Shown: positions 24,772 through 38,653 of the stretch, piece after piece
Numbering within the stretch: position 1 is the stretch's first letter
Layout: every line of letters begins with the position of its first letter
From: Vicugna vicugna
Lineage: Eukaryota
Length of the DNA stretch: 64,000 nucleotides
Assembly: GCA_013265495.1 (NCBI GenBank)
Contig: MU058824.1
Span: 4,491,111 to 4,555,110, forward strand
Reading direction: 5' to 3'
Made by a program: the position numbers and the translations under genes
The notes under the pieces: generated by a model
What the model saw: only the letters and a program-made list of their open reading frames with translations
Database searches by the model: none
What the model was told of the DNA's origin: nothing

Positions 24772-25725
24772 ATGGACAGGTCTAATCAGACCTCCCCGAT
24801 GCTGGGGTTCATTCTCCTGGGCCTCTCAGCCCACCCGAAGATGGAGAAAACGTTCTTTGTGCTCATCCTGCTGATGTACCTGCTGATCCTGCTGGGAAAC
24901 GGGGTCCTCGTCCTGGTGACCGTGTCTGACTCCCGCCTGCACACGCCCATGTACTTCTTCCTGGGGAACCTCTCCTTCCTCTGCTACTCAACCTCCTCTG
25001 TCCCCCTCATTCTTGACAGCTTCCTTACTCCCAGGAAAACCATCTCCTTCTCAGGCTGTGCCATGCAGATGTTCCTCTCCTTTGCCATGGGAGCCACAGA
25101 GTGTGTGCTTCTGGGCATGATGACGTTTGACCGCTATGTGGCCATCTGCAACCCCCTGCGGTACCCCGTGATCATGAGCAAGGCTGCCTACGTGCCCATG
25201 GCTGCTGGCTCCTGGGCAGCTGGAAGCACCACTGCCATGGTGCAGACATCCCTAGCAATGCAACTACCCTTCTGTGGGGACAACGTCATCAACCACTTCA
25301 CCTGTGAGATCCTGGCTGTCCTGAAGTTGGCTTGTGCTGATATCTCCATCAATGTGATCAGTATGGTTGTGGCCAATGTGATTTTCTTGGGGGTCCCCGT
25401 GCTGTTCATCTCTTTCTCCTATATGTTCATCATTGCTACCATTTTGAAGATCCCTTCAGCTGAGGGGAGGGAAAAGGCCTTCTCCACCTGCTCTGCCCAC
25501 CTCACAGTCGTGATCATCTTCTATGGGACCATCCTCTTCATGTATGGGAAGCCCAAATCCAGGGACTCTCTGGGAGTAGACAAACAAGACCTTGCAGACA
25601 AGCTCACCTCCCTCTTCTATGGGGTGGTGACCCCCATGCTCAATCCCATCATCTACAGCCTCAGGAACAAGGACGTGAAGACTGCTGTGAGGAACCTGCT
25701 GACTCAAAAACACTTCACACGGTGA
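24772..25725 (+). CDS. Olfactory receptor OR13C/OR2S-like, 317 aa, copy 3; open but probably defective (TM2 Asp-Ile deleted)
   Basis: True start is accATGg at 24772 (MDRSNQT). ORF is open, but NLSFLDICY has become NLSFLCY (6-bp deletion near 24981) and MAFDRY has become MTFDRY. Confidence 0.85.
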   Translation: MDRSNQTSPMLGFILLGLSAHPKMEKTFFVLILLMYLLILLGNGVLVLVTVSDSRLHTPMYFFLGNLSFLCYSTSSVPLILDSFLTPRKTISFSGCAMQMFLSFAMGATECVLLGMMTFDRYVAICNPLRYPVIMSKAAYVPMAAGSWAAGSTTAMVQTSLAMQLPFCGDNVINHFTCEILAVLKLACADISINVISMVVANVIFLGVPVLFISFSYMFIIATILKIPSAEGREKAFSTCSAHLTVVIIFYGTILFMYGKPKSRDSLGVDKQDLADKLTSLFYGVVTPMLNPIIYSLRNKDVKTAVRNLLTQKHFTR

Positions 25726-26699
25726 TGGTGGATGTTTCTCTGCCTCTTGGTTTCAGAGGATATCTGAAGGTCTCAGAGGATAAGATGAAGGGCAACCTTC
25801 ATCCAAGTTATCGTAGGTAAATCTAATTACACCGAATCTCACTACACACAAGGGCTTTGTGTGAAGAGGGAGCATTTAATGTGAATTTTCCCCTCATTCT
25901 GTAAGCAATTCTATAAAAGTATATTCCTGTTGGTCAATTTCTCTATATCTGTGATACATACTGAACAAACTGATGTCAAGGAAAAGTAACTCTTCACAAG
26001 TTTTATTGCTTAACTCATGAAAAACTCTAGTCTGTAAGTCTGTACTTCAACTGTTCCTTGGCTCTTTCTTTGAACATATTTGAATGGGTCCTTACTTTTA
26101 TGTTACCTTTCAACTCATCTTACTCCATATTAATTAATAGTAATATTTTTATCTTTATTCTCATTGTTTCTTTCTCTTTACTGTCATTTTAATTCTTAAA
26201 ACTGTTTCTTGAACCCTTCTGTAACTACGTCTTCATAATTAACATATTTCTCTTGCCCTTAATCAAGGCCCCCACCAGGAAGTCATTTACATCCTTGCAG
26301 CAGAGATGAGAGTGAATAAGGTGTGACAAAACTGATGCAAGGGTCAAAGGTGCAGGCCTTTTTTCTTTTCCCTTTTTGAAAATGTTATTCAACCCTGGCT
26401 TCTGTTGCTAGATATGATTGGCCTCCCATGGGTCATTAGAGCAGACACCTCCATGAGAGGTGTCAAGGAGAATCAAAGGAATTCTACTGGCCATCTGACC
26501 TGGCTTTACCAAGCACACAGCCAAGTGGCGACCATCACTTGCTTTTCTACCTAAGAATCTCCCAAGTCACCCAGTAGTCAGAGGGAGAGGAGGTGATGCT
26601 CAGAGGGAGAAGGAGGAGACATCTAAGAATCATCTATATGATTGGGGAGGAATTCCAAGTCAACTCCCTAGAGTAATCAATCCAGAAGTCTAGTTAAAA

Positions 26700-28700
26700 G
26701 AATGAGCAAAATAGAAAACCTCTGACAGTTGATATGAAATTTTTAATCCAACAGAGAGGAAACTAACAATCAAAACCATCAGCCTTTGCTGAGAGAGTTA
26801 CTGCAGGAAGATGGTGAAAACACTAAAGGAAGTTCTCAGTAGTTTTTTGAGTGGGATTCAGGAAAGTACTGAATCAATAAAACCAGAGAAGTCTACAAAA
26901 AAAAAGAGGCTAGGAGAAAAGATAGCTGGGCAATAAGAGCCTTTTCTCAGGGAAAATATTCCGCTTACTTGGTCAAATAAAAGTCAGCAGGAAGAACTTG
27001 AAAGTAGACAGGACAATGCTTAAAAATGAATTTTTAAATTAAAAATAACTTAAATTGGTCTCCTAGACTTCAGAGAAAAAAACAAAGGGATTTAAATTAT
27101 TTAAGAAAAGATGAGAGGCATGGAAGATAGACCAGGGAACCATTATGGAATCCATGAAGAGAAAACGGAGCAGATGAAAGACAAATAATAATTTTTAAAA
27201 AATCATTTCACTGAATAGAAGTTTTAAATAGTTTGTTCATAAAAGGTTCATCAATCACCAGGTAAGAATTGTAGAAAAAGGCACACCTACCTAGATTCAA
27301 GGATAAATTTTGATTCCTATACATACCAAAATAATTCTATAGACTTTTCCATGGAAGAAAAGCACATTTGCTAACAAGGAATGAGAACCTGACTGCTACT
27401 GGCCTGCAGTTCTGCAGCCCTAACTGTAGACATCAGTGGAACAAGGCTTACAAAGTTCTGAGGGAAATGGGTTGTTGAGTCCCGAGTTCTACATACTCCC
27501 GACAAATGAGGGTTAAAAAGACACTTGCTGCCACGTGTAAACACAGGAAGCACAGACCCCTACAATCTCTTTCCGGGAAAAAAAAATTGATTTAGAATGT
27601 TCTCCCAACAAACAGTTAAAAATAAATAATTGAAAGAGTGTGATAGATATGCCATAGAAGAGACAGCAGAAAACAATGAAATACCTGAGACTAATAAGGT
27701 CTAGACAATTCTTAGACCAAATTTGCAAAGACGAATATATGAAGGACTTATTAGCAAACAAGTTGAGGTAAACAGTGACAACAAGGCAACGATGCAGCTC
27801 CAGTTACAGTCCTAGAGACTTCATCGAGCTGGGAAATGGAGACAGAGAAGCAAAGTCACAACCCACTAAAGGCCTCATCTTATGAAGGATGTGGGGGGAA
27901 GGAGGTTCTTATAAACATAATCCATAGCATTGATACTGAAATGCAACAACAGTCTTAATATGCTTGTTGAACATTTAGGAGTAAATACCAGCAGACAAGT
28001 ATTAAGAGGAAAACTCTTAAAAGTATTAAAGGATTATGAAAGAACAAAGAAAGTTGGTCAAATGAAAAAACTAATTTATTGAACCTGATTAGATTTAAAC
28101 CATTGTACATTAAACAAATAATACACATTATCCAGTGTTTTTCTTAATTCAAGGTTTCTAACATGAGGAACATTAGGAGATCAATTACTACAATCATTTT
28201 ATTAATAGATTAAAAAAGAAAAAGTAATCCCATCAACAAATGTGGAGAAGTTATTTGGAAATTTAGCATCTATTTCTGACTTTTTTAAAACAGTGAACTT
28301 GAATACAGGAAACCATCCTTGACGTGAATGAAAGTATCAGAACAACAGCAAACAGCACACTTGATGGCAGAACACCAGTGGCATGCCTAGGATAGCATGC
28401 CTGGGTTAGGACATCTGCTCTCAATGTGTGCATCGTTCTGCAGAGTCTACCTAATTAAAATGGATAGAGAAAATAAATAAGGAACAGAATATAGAAAAGA
28501 AGAAAGAGGAAAACTATCCAGTAAGTAAACAGATGTTTACTTAGAAAAAAATTTGAAGCAAGTGCAAAACTACTACAACTAATAAGAAAGTAAAGTAGGA
28601 TGGTCATATATTATTCACATCAGTTACAACAACTTTAAAATACCTAGGGAAAATAAATACAGAAGTTTGAGTATATTACATATTTACATCGGTCATGCAT
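26700..28700 (+). mobile_element. Very old L1-like fragments (ORF1/ORF2 remnants)
   Basis: A-rich, heavily decayed L1-like motifs (gagaggcatggaagatagacc, attaatagattaaaaaagaaaaag). Confidence 0.45.
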
Positions 28701-30458
28701 TAACAGATGAAATTTCTAAAAAGACGTTTTCATGTTGGAGGGAGGAAAAGTCCTGAATGTAAGCTTCAGGGCAGTCTAGAGTATCCTCCCAGTGCCCTCA
28801 TTCAGTCTTTTTCCCCCTTTCTAGCAAGTTGGGATGACCCATGTTCCATCTACTTTCCCGTCCCTAGAGCAGGTCCACCCTATTTGTCAGGAACAAAGGT
28901 GCAAGACAGGGCGTGAAGGCAAACACAAAGGCTCACTGATAAAGGTTCTCAGAAGCAAAGAAAACCAGCCTTTACTCCAGTACTTGTTTTGGAAATCACC
29001 AGAGTTTAGATCAGACCACTAACAAATGAGTCTCTCAGAGTTCTGTGTAAGTGCAGATTAATTTCTCCCTGATGATTACTGGTGACCATTTTTCTCAATT
29101 TAGGATGACCCCTAAAATCTTCAAGAGAGTAGAGTATCAATGAAGGTTATCATAAATATGACCAAATCAAACATCACAGATAATCACAGACAACATATCA
29201 AGAATGTAATCACCCAAAGAGCTTAAATCAGAGCATTTCAGATGCCAGACAGGCAATGTAACTGAGGGAAAGGATGAGGTAGGGAAGCAGGAGCAAACTG
29301 CCTCTTCCTCCTGGTTCCAGCCAACTGCAGCCAGGCATGAATGCAGGAAGGGGGAGGGGGTACGCAGAAGCTGCTCCCCGTCCTGCAGGTTCCACATTTA
29401 CCTTTAGTGCTTGTAGAGTTGAGCTGAGTATCTCCCTAAATTCTTTAACAATATAAAGATAAGTATTATAAGGACCAAACATATTTGTTCCCTAGTTACT
29501 TTTGGCTATGGGTTGCCAATTTGTGACTTCTACTATAAGCACACATAAATCATAGTATTGCTGGAGTTCTTAAGAACACCACGACAGAGGTCAGTTACAC
29601 CTATTGTTCTGGGAGGAAACTGCTCCCTCTCATTCTTATCATGTGGTTCTAGTGGGGCTGCCAATGGTAGTACGCCAACCCTTGGCCACAGCAATTGTCT
29701 AAGGGAAGGCATGTAACCTAGGTCAGACTAATTTAAACCATTCTCCAGGATATTTCTAATTGGGGCAAGAAGAGAAGGGGTATTATATAAGCTTCCTGTG
29801 TTGCACTGCAGATCACCACTTAGTGGCTTAAAATAATACACATTTACAGTCTTGCCGTATCTGTGAGTTAGGTATTTAAATAAGTCCTCGGCAAGGCTGC
29901 AGTCTAGGTGTTGGTCAGGGCTCAGTTCTCATCTGGAGACTCGAACAGAATGTGAATTAGGTTGCTGACCGCTCTCTTTCCTAACATATGAGGAAGCCTG
30001 TTCACCAGAATTTAAAATGAAGCCAGGAAAAGACAAGTAGAGATAAGAAACAGATGAAGGGACAGAGAGTCCTAAAGTTCCTAATTCCAGCTGTGCCTGA
30101 GACTGAATCCACCCTTGAATTTCTCAGTTACATAAGCATCAAAGTAAAGTTTATTTTGAAATTAAGCTGGCTGGAGTAATTTTTCTACATAGCAACTTAC
30201 AAAGTCCTGAAAATTACAAAGCCCCAAGTAAAGGCATCTTTATATGGTCACTTGCTGACCACTGCATACTCCAACTGCAATTTTATATTTTTTTACATGA
30301 GATCATTCCCAATTAAGAGAGAAGAAACTACAAACCAGCCTTGATCAAATCCCAGGCTCTTTTTCAAATAAAACAAAAGGAATAAATTCCTCTCAGACCT
30401 GTACTCTCCATGAACATTGATGTCAAAATGCTAAATTATAAAAATCAGTAAAACAATT

Positions 30459-30585
30459 GGAGGCAGGTATAGCTCAGTGGTAGAGCATATGCTTAGCACG
30501 CACACAGTCTTGGGTTCAATTCCTAGTACCTCCATTAAAAAATAAATATATAAATAAATAAACCTAATTACCTTTCCCACCCCGC
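30459..30585 (+). mobile_element. tRNA-derived SINE (Vic-1-like, camelid)
   Basis: ggtatagctcagtggtagagcatatgcttagc...gggttcaattcctagtacctccatt...aaataaacctaattacc. Degenerate TSD aaaaatca(g/a)ta(a/c)aacaa at 30440-30456 and 30586-30602. Confidence 0.88.
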
Positions 30586-30619
30586 AAAAATCAATACAAC
30601 AAATACAGTAATGGACTTA

Positions 30620-33400
30620 GAGGATAATTCCCTGTGAGCAAGTTGCATTTATCCCAAAAATGCATGGATAGGTTAAACATTAAAAATTCACCACATTAAC
30701 AAACTTAAGAAGAAAAACCAAATGATCATCTCAATAGATGTAGAAAAAGTGTTTGACAAAATTCAATGTCCTGACAAGAACTACTCTACTCCAGCCAAAC
30801 ATCTCAGAAAAAACAATGGCCCCAGCCCCACCCCACCAGCAAAGACTAAGCTGATGGCCTAGATTTCTACCCTTGCCAGGCTATGACAAGGCAGCCCAAC
30901 CATTCCCCTGCCAGTGTGGTATCAGAGGAGGCTGAGCAGGGAGGTGGGATGTTTATCTCCCCTGGGAAGAGTAACAAGTTCCCACCCCACACTGTCAGTG
31001 GAGACTATGTGGGAAGCTCCTTCTCCTTCCCACTTGACTGGTATCAGAGGAGGGGGCCTAATGGAAAGTCAAGACTTGTGTCTGTGCTTATGAAGCCACC
31101 CCTTCCCATGGTGTCAATGGAGATCATGAGAGTCATACTAAGCACTCCTGCCTCTGCCAGCCAGGAGGGAATCAACAGAGCCCTAGTGAAACTCCTGTTC
31201 TTCACCCAGCAGTAAGAAGGATCCTATCCTCCTAGGAATGCAAGGCTGGTTTAATATTCAAAGATCAGTCAATGCAATCTACCATATTAATAGACTAGGA
31301 AAAAATCACATGATTGTATCAAGTCAAGCAGAAGAAACTTTGGGAAAACAACACTCATTCATGATAAAAACTCTCAGTACTGAACCGGTGGTCCCAGCCA
31401 GTGAGGTAGGGCAAGAAAAATAGGCTACAGATCTAAATTTTTGAAGAAAGGAAAAAACCTGTCATCATTCATAAATAAATATCATTCATAAGTGCCTACT
31501 ATGTACAGAATCTAAAATAATTTAGAGATGTAAGTATTTAAAAGAGAGTTTAGCAAGATCCCTAGATAAAATAAATATACAAAAACCCAACTGTATGTCT
31601 ATATTCTAGCAATAAATTATGAAACATTTTTAAGGACACCAAGAAATATAAATAAAGATATTTATATATTGAAATAAAAAATAAATACTACCATACAGGG
31701 GTAAATTTAGCAAAAGAGCTCTAAGACTTTTATGCATATAATTATAAATTAGTAAATGTCTTGAATGATATTAAAATAAAGAGAGAAATATTTCCCATTC
31801 ATAGGTAGGAATATTCAATATTACAGAGATGTTACTTCTCCCCAAATTGATCTATACATTCAATGTAATCCCAATATTTTAATCTCTAAAATAATTATTG
31901 TAAAATTTAAGAAGCTGGTTCAATAATTTATATGAAAGAACAAAAGACCAAGAACAGCCATGACATATTTGAAAAAGTATTGAGTGGGAATAAAGGGACT
32001 TACCCTATAAGAAATCAAAGCATAGAATAAAGCAACATTTATTAGGGAAGTGTAGCATTGACACAGGAATAGACATACCAATGGAAAAGAACAAAGATCT
32101 CAGCAACAGACCAATTTACGTTTGGAGACTTGACATATGACAGAGATGGTAATGAAGACTGGTGGAGAAAGGACAGGTTGTAAATGCAATGAAGACAAAT
32201 GGGAATACATGTGTGTACCAGGGAAAACATATAAAATACTTATAGCAGCATTCAGTTGGGAAGCAACCCAATTATTCATCAAAATGGAATGTATAAATAA
32301 TAAGCTGTGCTATGGTCATAGAATGGAAGTCAGCAAAAGAAATTAATGAATTTAGCTACACTCCTAAATATCAATGAATCTTACAAACGTAATATTGAAT
32401 GAAGAAAAAAACAAAAGAACACCTCAAGTGATCTGATTTTTATAGAGTTCAGAAAGATGAAAACCTAAACTATACTGTTTAAGTATGTATCCATACATGA
32501 TAAAATTCAAGAAAAGCATGGAAATGATTGTAACTAAAATCAGGAGTGTGATTACCTCTGTAAGGAAAGAAAGAAGACTAGGAGTAGGGAAAAATACTCA
32601 GGGAGGTTCCCAGGTGCTGGCAATGTTCTACTCCTTAAATAAGGTAGTGATTACTTTATTATTCTTTCGATTTAAAATTTGTTTTATATATTTTGATATG
32701 CATTTACATATGTGTGCTATATTTCACATTTTAAATTATTTTAAACACAAAATTTTAAATACTACAATGAGATGTCATTTCTCAACTCAGTTTGGCAAAG
32801 GCCAAAAAGTCTTAAGACCAACATATTATGTTGACAGAGCATGGGAAAACAGACATTCTCACATACCGATGATAAGAATGTGTAAATCTGGCAATATCTA
32901 TCAAAAGTACAAACGTACATAAACCATATTTTACTATATGCACTAAGTTATTAATATGCAAGTATGTTTGTTGTAGTACTGATTGTAATAGCATAACATT
33001 GGAAAAGCTTTGAAAATCTAAGTGTCCATTAACATTAGACTAGTTAATTAAATGATGCTACAACTTCACAATGGAATATATACAGACATTTAAAAGAATG
33101 ATGCAGTACTATGTATTTTTTCCCAGGTATATATCTCTAAGGTATATTGTTAAGTGAGAAAAGCAAGACAAGACAGAGTGTATTTGTGATAAATTTATTT
33201 TGGAGGCAAATTTAGCACAAATGCACACTGTCTTACTACCTTACTTTCTTGCTTAACAAATGCATAGAATATCTCTGAAGAAAAAGCAGACAAGAAATTG
33301 CTAACATTGGTTGCCTTGAGGGAGACGAACTGGGGGACTAGAGACAGAGGTTTAATTTTATTATACTTTCTAAACCTTATGAAGTTAGTTCCAAGTACAA
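30620..33400 (+). mobile_element. Old L1 ORF2/3' fragments
   Basis: aaatgatcatctcaatagatgtagaaaaagtgtttgacaaaattcaa, gaatgcaaggctggtttaatattc, cccaaattgatctatacattcaatg. Confidence 0.75.
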
Positions 33401-36400
33401 GCCAGACCTATTATACAGTGATGATGATGATGATGATGATGATATCAATGGTGATAAAAAGAATTAGATGTACTGAGATTGAAATCCCTGCTCAGCTGTT
33501 CACAAGACGTGTGGTTTTTGGTAAATTGCTTAATTTTTTTAAAGCTTGGTCCCTCAAATAAAAAAAAAATTGGGGGATAGTTAAACGATCTCCCAGGAAG
33601 ACTGGAAGTAGACACTCAATATATATGTATTGCCGGATTTTACTGAACTTATATAATGTGTGTGAAGCGCCTATCATGGTGGCCAGCACGCGGGGGAGCC
33701 TCAATGAATGCAGCTAATTCTGCAGTGGCTGCTGCTGTTAGACATCTGTCCTGCCTCTCCATTCTGGGTGTCTAGTCTTTCAACTTGGGGACAAGGTGCT
33801 CTGTCCCTGAAGCAAACACTGGCTTCTCTGAGACACCAGGAAAGGCTCAGGAGGAGGCCAGCATCTGCTGTGCTCCCCTCGCCGCCTCCAGTTGGCCATG
33901 TCCCTGTCACTGTCTCTAATTGTGATGGGTTGGGAGGATGTGGTCCCTGGAGCCCCCAGGTAGGCTGGGCCCCTGCACCCTGTGCACATTTTACATTCCA
34001 AACTTTAAATTGCTTCTGGGACTAAAGGGTCCCCGTAGGAGTCCATGGCTGCAGCTTGAGGACTCTCTTCACTGTTGGAGAAATAGGCCCTTGGGATTCC
34101 TGGGCCTCAGACCAAGATGAGAGGTTCTCTACATGAAGAGTCTGTAGCAGAGATGCCCAGGGCTCATCGACAAAGCTGGGAGGAAGGAAACAGCAACAAG
34201 AGGCTAAAGTTCCCACAAGGACTTAGGAGGAAAAAGAAGAAAGAGGGTCTCAGAGGTAAAGGAAGTCAGGCAGGGGAGTGTCTGGGTATTACTCTGGTAT
34301 CCAGGCTCTCACCCCGGCGTTCAGTGAGCAGTTGAGGATTGTGTCTGGTATCAGGGGACTCAGAACAGCAGCCACAAGCAGGAATCAGGTGGGGAGAGCT
34401 GGGCTGTGGCGGGGACAGAGGTGGCGGCCATGCCTTCTGTAGAGCATTTCCTGAATACAGACTTTCCGCCTAGCCCTCCCTCTGCTCCGAGACACCATCC
34501 CGTGGCTGGTGCCACAGCAGGGAGCAGCAACCAGGTAAATGCCAGGCGGGCCCTCACGCTCTCCAGTGCTCACCACTGACCCAGCCCCTGCCCTGCTGCT
34601 CCATCCTCACGAGGAGCCAGGGAGGGGAGCGGGAGGGGTCCCCAGCCCCTCCTGCAGAGATTTCTCAGAAGAATGGGGCTTCCTCTGGGTCAGAGGGTGA
34701 GCAGACTGGTGGGCCTCAAGGCTAGTCCATGTGGTTCCCACTCTGTGGCTAGTTCTTCCCATTTTTCTCACTTTCCTTTGATAAATACTAAGATTTTTAC
34801 CCACTGACCACAAAGTAACTTGTGCCTATTGTATTAAGAGAAAATTTGGTCATACTAAAGAGGTACAAAGAGGTACAAAACCACTGATTTTGCTGTAATT
34901 TCCTTTCAGTCACTTCTATCCATGCATATCATCTACCTAATTGAGATCGTAATGGTGTGTACAATTTCGTATTCTCCCTTCTCATTTATCATTATAGTGG
35001 AATAATATTATAGTACAAAAAATTACAAACATAATGTCCATGTCATTCCATTATATGAAATGGCATAATTTACTTAGGCATTTATTAGTGGATGGTGATT
35101 TTTCCCATTTTTTGCTCACAAATACTGCTGTGGTAAGAGCCTTTACTGCAAGATACTGGCCCTCCACTCTCATGGATTCTGTACAATTATTTCTCAGAGC
35201 TGGAACTGCTGAGGTGATGGATATGCAGGTTTTTCAAGTTTTCCCTCTTTCGAGGCAAACAGCTCCTCAGAAAAGCTATATGAGAGTGTAAGGGTCTCTT
35301 GACCACACTGAGCTGCCTCCCATTCCTCAGCTGCCTGATGGCTCCAGAGACAGGCAGGGACAGGACCACAGCAAGACCAGGCCTTTGGGACAAGCCGGGA
35401 GCCACACCTACAGGTACGGGCACAGAGTGAAAGCTTCCCTTCCTCTCCTTGCTCCTGCCTGGCCTCCCCACTCCTTTCATGGGCTGTGGGAGTCAGAGCT
35501 CTGTTTTCTTCCCTTCTGAGTCCCTTCCAAAACCTGACACAGCACTTCCTGGTGACCATTCCTTGATGGGAAACTAGGCATTCAGATCTCCTCTTCACAC
35601 ACACACACACACAAACACAAACACATATACCCACTCCCCCCACCCGAAGGAGTGGGCAGCCACCTTCACCAAGGACTGCTGCCTCCCTGCACAGGGCAGT
35701 CCACGAGAGTCAGGATGCCCAGAGAAGCACCAAATTCAGCCTTCTCATAATGCAAGTGGGGAAACTGAGGCCTTGGGAGGAGAAGGGACTTGCTCAAGCG
35801 ACATAGAAGATCCATGTCACGGGCAGGGGCAGGTCCCACAGCTCTGGTCTCAATGTGCAAGGTCTTCCTAGATGTTCAGTCTGTCCCAATTAAACCAACT
35901 TTCATTTAGCACCTTTCATATGATAGGCACTAAGACTTCCACGGATGCAGCTCTCACACAGGTCAAATCCCTGGACCTCACTCATGCCCACACCACATTA
36001 TTCATGGGCAGGGGCTTCTGTGTGCGAAGTTCTGTCTGAGGGCAGTGGACAGAAGGGCTTCTCTAACAGTAGCCACCTTCCTTGGCTTCTGTAAGTACAG
36101 CATGTCCTTGTCACTATTGAATTTTGTTTGTGACACTGACTGTAATGTTTACTTTTCATTTCCTGGAGGGGCTGGGAGAGCCACTGGGAGGAATGAGATC
36201 CGCTGGGGCAGGAGTTCATGGCGGGGCACCCAGGGTGGGCTTGCGCTGAGCAAACAGGAACACCCTCACGTGCCGGGGCAGCTATTTGGTGAAAAGAACT
36301 CAGAATTGGGGCCTGCAATTTAACCCTAGCTCTGTCATTCCACCCTACAGAGCAAAACCTTTTGCTCCTCTGAGCTTTGGTGACTTCCTCCATAAACCTT

Positions 36401-37694
36401 GAATGACAATATCTTCTCCATGGGATGTTTCAAAAAATATGGTACAGAGTAGATGCTCATTAGTATTAACCACCCATCCTCCATCGTCCACCCACTCCTA
36501 CACACATGCCCCACTGCAATTAAGAAAGAGCTAGAGAAATATTATCAATGAGGATTCTGGATTTAGAGTCTGAGCGATTGCAGCTAAAAGACTAGAAACC
36601 CTCTACACAAAGGCACATAGGTCTCCCTATAAGCTAGTTGCCTGTATGGAACACAAGGATGGGGTCAGAGAGCCGGAATATTACACAAGAATAAAATACA
36701 AGCATAAAAGGACAAAGAAAAAAAAATTCCTAAGTTACCTCCAAGCTATAAATTTCACCAATATCCCAGTGAGATGAGGTTAGAAGTTGATGCTGTATGG
36801 TCTCCCATCTGTTAACTGTAGTGTGTATGGTTATTAATCATTGAGTCAACTGGTCAGTAAGCTGCACAGCTGTCATCCCAGAGCAAGGTTCAATCACTCC
36901 AGTCAATACTTGTGTTGACGTCATAAAGTTCCTCCCCATATAGGAACCTCCTCGTATACTGCTGTCAATCTGTATTAAAATAGGCAGATCCCAGTGCTGA
37001 TGACAGTCAAGTTTGTGTCACTGATGGTGGGCAGACTGGAAAAGTCATCCTCAGTATGGCTGAGCCTTTAACTGGGCTTGCTTCTCTCTGGAAGTGGATT
37101 AACACTTTTATACAAGTTCCTTCCAAATGTAATCAAAATTTAAGAAGGCTTTAAAATTTGCTGCTTCTAAGAATTGGATTAGCTTGAGGATTTTCCTCCC
37201 TGAGAATCTAAGAAAACTCAGATGAAATCAAATTTCTGTATATTTACATTAAAGAGAAATTATTCATAGCATTTTCCAGCCATTAAACATAAGACAGAGG
37301 AAAAGCTCTCCTTGGCTGGGGATCAGCTCTTCTGGGTTCAAGTCCGGTCTCTGTCACCAACTTAGAAGACCTGAACAGGTCACTTCCCTCTCCAGGCCTC
37401 TGCTGCTTTGATGGGCAATGAGAGGATGCAGCAACACGAGAAAAACCCCTCACATAGTGAGACTGCTGGACACTCTCGCCCAATCCTGGCCCACTGAAAG
37501 CTCTGCTCCAGCTCTGACCTTCTCTCATCTAAGAGCTGAGGACACCTACTGTCTCTTGTGGTCATTTTTCTCTAAGACACACACTCTCTCCTGTTATGCA
37601 GCAGGACTTGACCATGTACCAGATGCCTGGGACTCTTCTTAAGAAAGCCTGATGTGCTGCTTTTGTACTTTGCTCACGACAGACGGGATATTAC

Positions 37695-38653
37695 ACGGAA
37701 AAAGCTAATCAGACCTCTCCAGTGCTGGGGTTCATTCTTCTGGGCCTCTCAGCCCACCCGAAGCTGGAGAAAACGTTCTTTGTGCTCATCCTGCTGATGT
37801 ACCTGCTGATCCTGCTGGGCAACGGGGTCCTCGTCCTGGTGACCGTGTCTGACTTCCGCCTGCACACGCCCATGTACTTCTTCCTGGGGAACCTCTCCTT
37901 CCTCGACATCTGCTATACAACCTCCTCGGTCCCTCTGGTCCTGGATGGCTTCCTCAATCCCAGGAAAACCATCTCCTTCTCAGGCTGTGCCGTACAGATG
38001 TTCCTCTCCTTCGCCATGGCGGGGACAGAGTGTGTGCTTCTGGGCACGATGGCGTTTGACCGCTACGTGGCCATCTGCAACCCCCTGAGGTACCCTGTGG
38101 TCATGAGCAAGGCTGCCTACGTGCCCATGGCTGCTGGCTCCTGGGCTATTGGTGGTATTGCTTCTCTGGTACACACATCCTTGGCAATTCAGCTGCCCTT
38201 CTGTGGGGACAATGTCATCAACCACTTCACCTGTGAGATCCTGGCTGTCCTGAAGTTGGCATGTGCTGACATCTCCATCAATGTGATCAGCATGGGGGTG
38301 ACCAATGTGATCTTCCTGGGGGTCCCTGTGCTGTTCATCTCTGTCTCCTATATATTCATCATTGCTACCATCCTGAGGATCCCCTCAGCTGAGGGAGAAG
38401 AAAGGCCTTCTCCACCTGCTCTGCCCACCTCACTGTGGTGATAATATACTATGGAACCTTGTTTTTCATGTATGGGAAACCCAAGTCTAAGGACTCCCTG
38501 GGGGCAGACAAAGAGGATTTTTCAGACAAGCTCATCTCCCTCTTCTACGGGGTTGTGACCCCCATACTCAACCCCATCATCTACAGCCTCAGGAACAAGG
38601 ATGTGAAGGCTGCCCTGAGGTACCTGGTGGCTCAGAAATACTTCAGTCAGTGA
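37695..38653 (+). pseudogene. OR2S2: OR2S2-like olfactory receptor pseudogene, copy 4
   Basis: In-frame ACG replaces ATG at 37695 ((M)[12 protein letters not shown]). A 1-bp deletion in the G-run at 38393-38395 frameshifts after RIPSAEG. Repaired length is 319 aa. Residues [21 protein letters not shown] and YGTLFFMY match my recollection of human OR2S2, and it is the copy nearest SPAAR. Confidence 0.85.

Noticed and set aside
30459..30535. tRNA gene
   Set aside because: It has an A-rich tail, TSDs and a second copy at 15829-15930, so it is a tRNA-derived SINE.
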